From: an uncultured Terriglobales bacterium
GTDB lineage: Bacteria; Acidobacteriota; Terriglobia; Terriglobales; Acidobacteriaceae
Length of the DNA: 36,255 nt
Reading direction: 5' to 3'
NCBI GenBank assembly: GCA_964644115.1
Contig: CAZXVY010000001.1
Location: 1-36,255, forward strand
In this document: positions 34,444 through 36,255 of the stretch, piece after piece
Numbering within the stretch: the first letter of the stretch is position 1
Layout: every line of letters starts with the position of its first letter
The notes under the pieces: model-generated
Databases searched by the model: none
Seen by the model: the letters and a program-made list of their open reading frames with translations, nothing else
Told to the model about the DNA's origin: nothing
Translations under genes and position numbers: made by a program

Positions 34444-34553
34444 CTAGTGCCGTTCCAACTCTCTCTCGTCTAACTTCCTTCGGCCTCGCGGCCAATCGCC
34501 CAAGGGAATAGGCGGGGCATCTCCCTAGGGAAAGTTAGTTGGAACGGCATTAG
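34444..34553. repeat. Long imperfect inverted repeat in the waaA / 34623 divergent spacer (ctagtgccgttccaact ... agttggaacggcattag)
   Basis: Read directly: 34444-34460 and 34537-34553 are complementary at 16 of 17 positions. A second tier pairs taacttcc (34471-34478) with ggaaagtta (34528-34536) with a 1-nt bulge. Confidence 0.5.
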
Positions 34554-34622
34554 CGTCCGCGCCATCCCATCCACATCCGGAAGCGGGTTGTTAGAAAGTC
34601 CTTCCCCGGGGATAATGGCGCC

Positions 34623-35291
34623 ATGTCCACCCGAGCCCTGCTGCTGGCGGCGTTGCTGGCTTGCACGATGACCGCAATGCCCGCGGACGAGCGCGCGTCC
34701 GCCGCGCCCAAGGCCTTCCACGCCAAGACCTACCCCGCGCACGAGGCCCACGAGATGGAAAAATTTTCCATCGCCGCCGACCCTTACGACATGGCCGACA
34801 AGGCCGCGATCTTCGTGACGCCCTACCGCAAGCAAGGCATCTTGCCCGTCCACCTGATTTTTTCCAACGACGGCAAGCAGCCGGTATCGCTAACGGACCT
34901 GAAGGTGGAACTGATCACGGTGAGGCGGGTGAAGATCGCGCCCGCCACTCCCGACGATCTTTACCGCAAGCTGGCGCGGCAGAAACGCCGCGGCGACGAG
35001 CCCAGCCGCAACCCCCTGCCCATCCCCTTGCCCCGCAAGAAGCAGTCCTCCAGCGTGAAGCAGGAATACGCCGACGAAATTGACCGGCTGCGCTTCCTGG
35101 CCCGCGCCGTGGAAGCCAACTCCACCCAGGCCGGGTTCTTCTTCTTCGACGTGGAGGACGTTGCCAATCCCCTGGCGGGCGCGCATCTCTATGTTTCCGG
35201 ACTGCGCAACGCCGACGGACAGGAGCTGTTCTATTTCGAAATCCCCATGGAAAAGTACCTGACCTACACGCCGGGCCCGAGCAAACCCTGA
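34623..35291 (+). CDS. Hypothetical secreted protein
   Basis: 222-aa ORF with signal-peptide-like N-terminus [19 protein letters not shown] recognise no family. A GATAAT box lies 6 nt upstream of the ATG. Confidence 0.55.
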   Translation: MSTRALLLAALLACTMTAMPADERASAAPKAFHAKTYPAHEAHEMEKFSIAADPYDMADKAAIFVTPYRKQGILPVHLIFSNDGKQPVSLTDLKVELITVRRVKIAPATPDDLYRKLARQKRRGDEPSRNPLPIPLPRKKQSSSVKQEYADEIDRLRFLARAVEANSTQAGFFFFDVEDVANPLAGAHLYVSGLRNADGQELFYFEIPMEKYLTYTPGPSKP

Positions 35292-35412
35292 CGCACGGTT
35301 GGCCCGGCCGGCTGCAACTGGGCCCACGCCCTGCCTCTGGGAATCTGGAGACCGGCCGCTCCTTTTTAGCTTTTTCCTTTTGCCTTCCAGCCTTGTTCTA
35401 CAATCGCCTGCG

Positions 35413-36255
<843 letters not shown>

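Noticed and set aside
32366-34511. Plus-strand ORFs of 568, 369 and 282 aa opposite lpxK/waaA
   Set aside because: They are antisense to genes with diagnostic motifs (lpxK P-loop, WaaA WIHAVSVGE) and have shadow-ORF composition.

Overview
GC-rich bacterial chromosomal segment with about 31 supportable protein-coding genes. I found no rRNA, tRNA or CRISPR array. All product calls rest on motifs I recognise by eye, because no homology search was possible.

Most of the content is housekeeping:
- ddl
- an ECF sigma factor translationally coupled to an anti-sigma-like/tandem-VOC protein, divergent from a Ser/Thr kinase with a beta-propeller ectodomain
- a TetR-HlyD-ABC-ABC2 efflux operon
- yceD-rpmF-plsX-fabD
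- a type IV pilin-like gene
- an aldo/keto reductase, a 3-methyladenine glycosylase and coaX
- a RumA/RlmD-type methyltransferase and comEC
- a class-V aminotransferase
- an LPS inner-core cluster: waaA-lpxK-hldA-hldC-GT9 heptosyltransferase-ICMT-like-DUF3108
- the 5' part of gatB, which the ORF track misses because it runs off the window

The gene mix and the style of intergenic repeats fit an Acidobacteriota-like genome. That is inference only.

No large self-evident novel multi-gene system is visible. The observations most worth a second look are:
1. A lower-GC two-gene HTH-DUF433 / PIN-like (DUF5615-type) toxin-antitoxin-like islet inserted just downstream of fabD.
2. A family of hairpin elements built from tandem short units around a conserved ~41-nt core. 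Two copies bracket the ABC-2 permease gene, one of them inside the operon.
3. A second REP-like family (gatccctcg...gctcgggatgacaa) with variable inner hairpins.
4. A recurrent TAnnnT box 6-9 nt upstream of start codons at eight transcription-unit heads, suggesting leaderless mRNAs.
5. A pilin gene interrupted by an in-frame TAG immediately followed by GTG.
6. A 1-nt frameshift in the zinc-ribbon tail of yceD.
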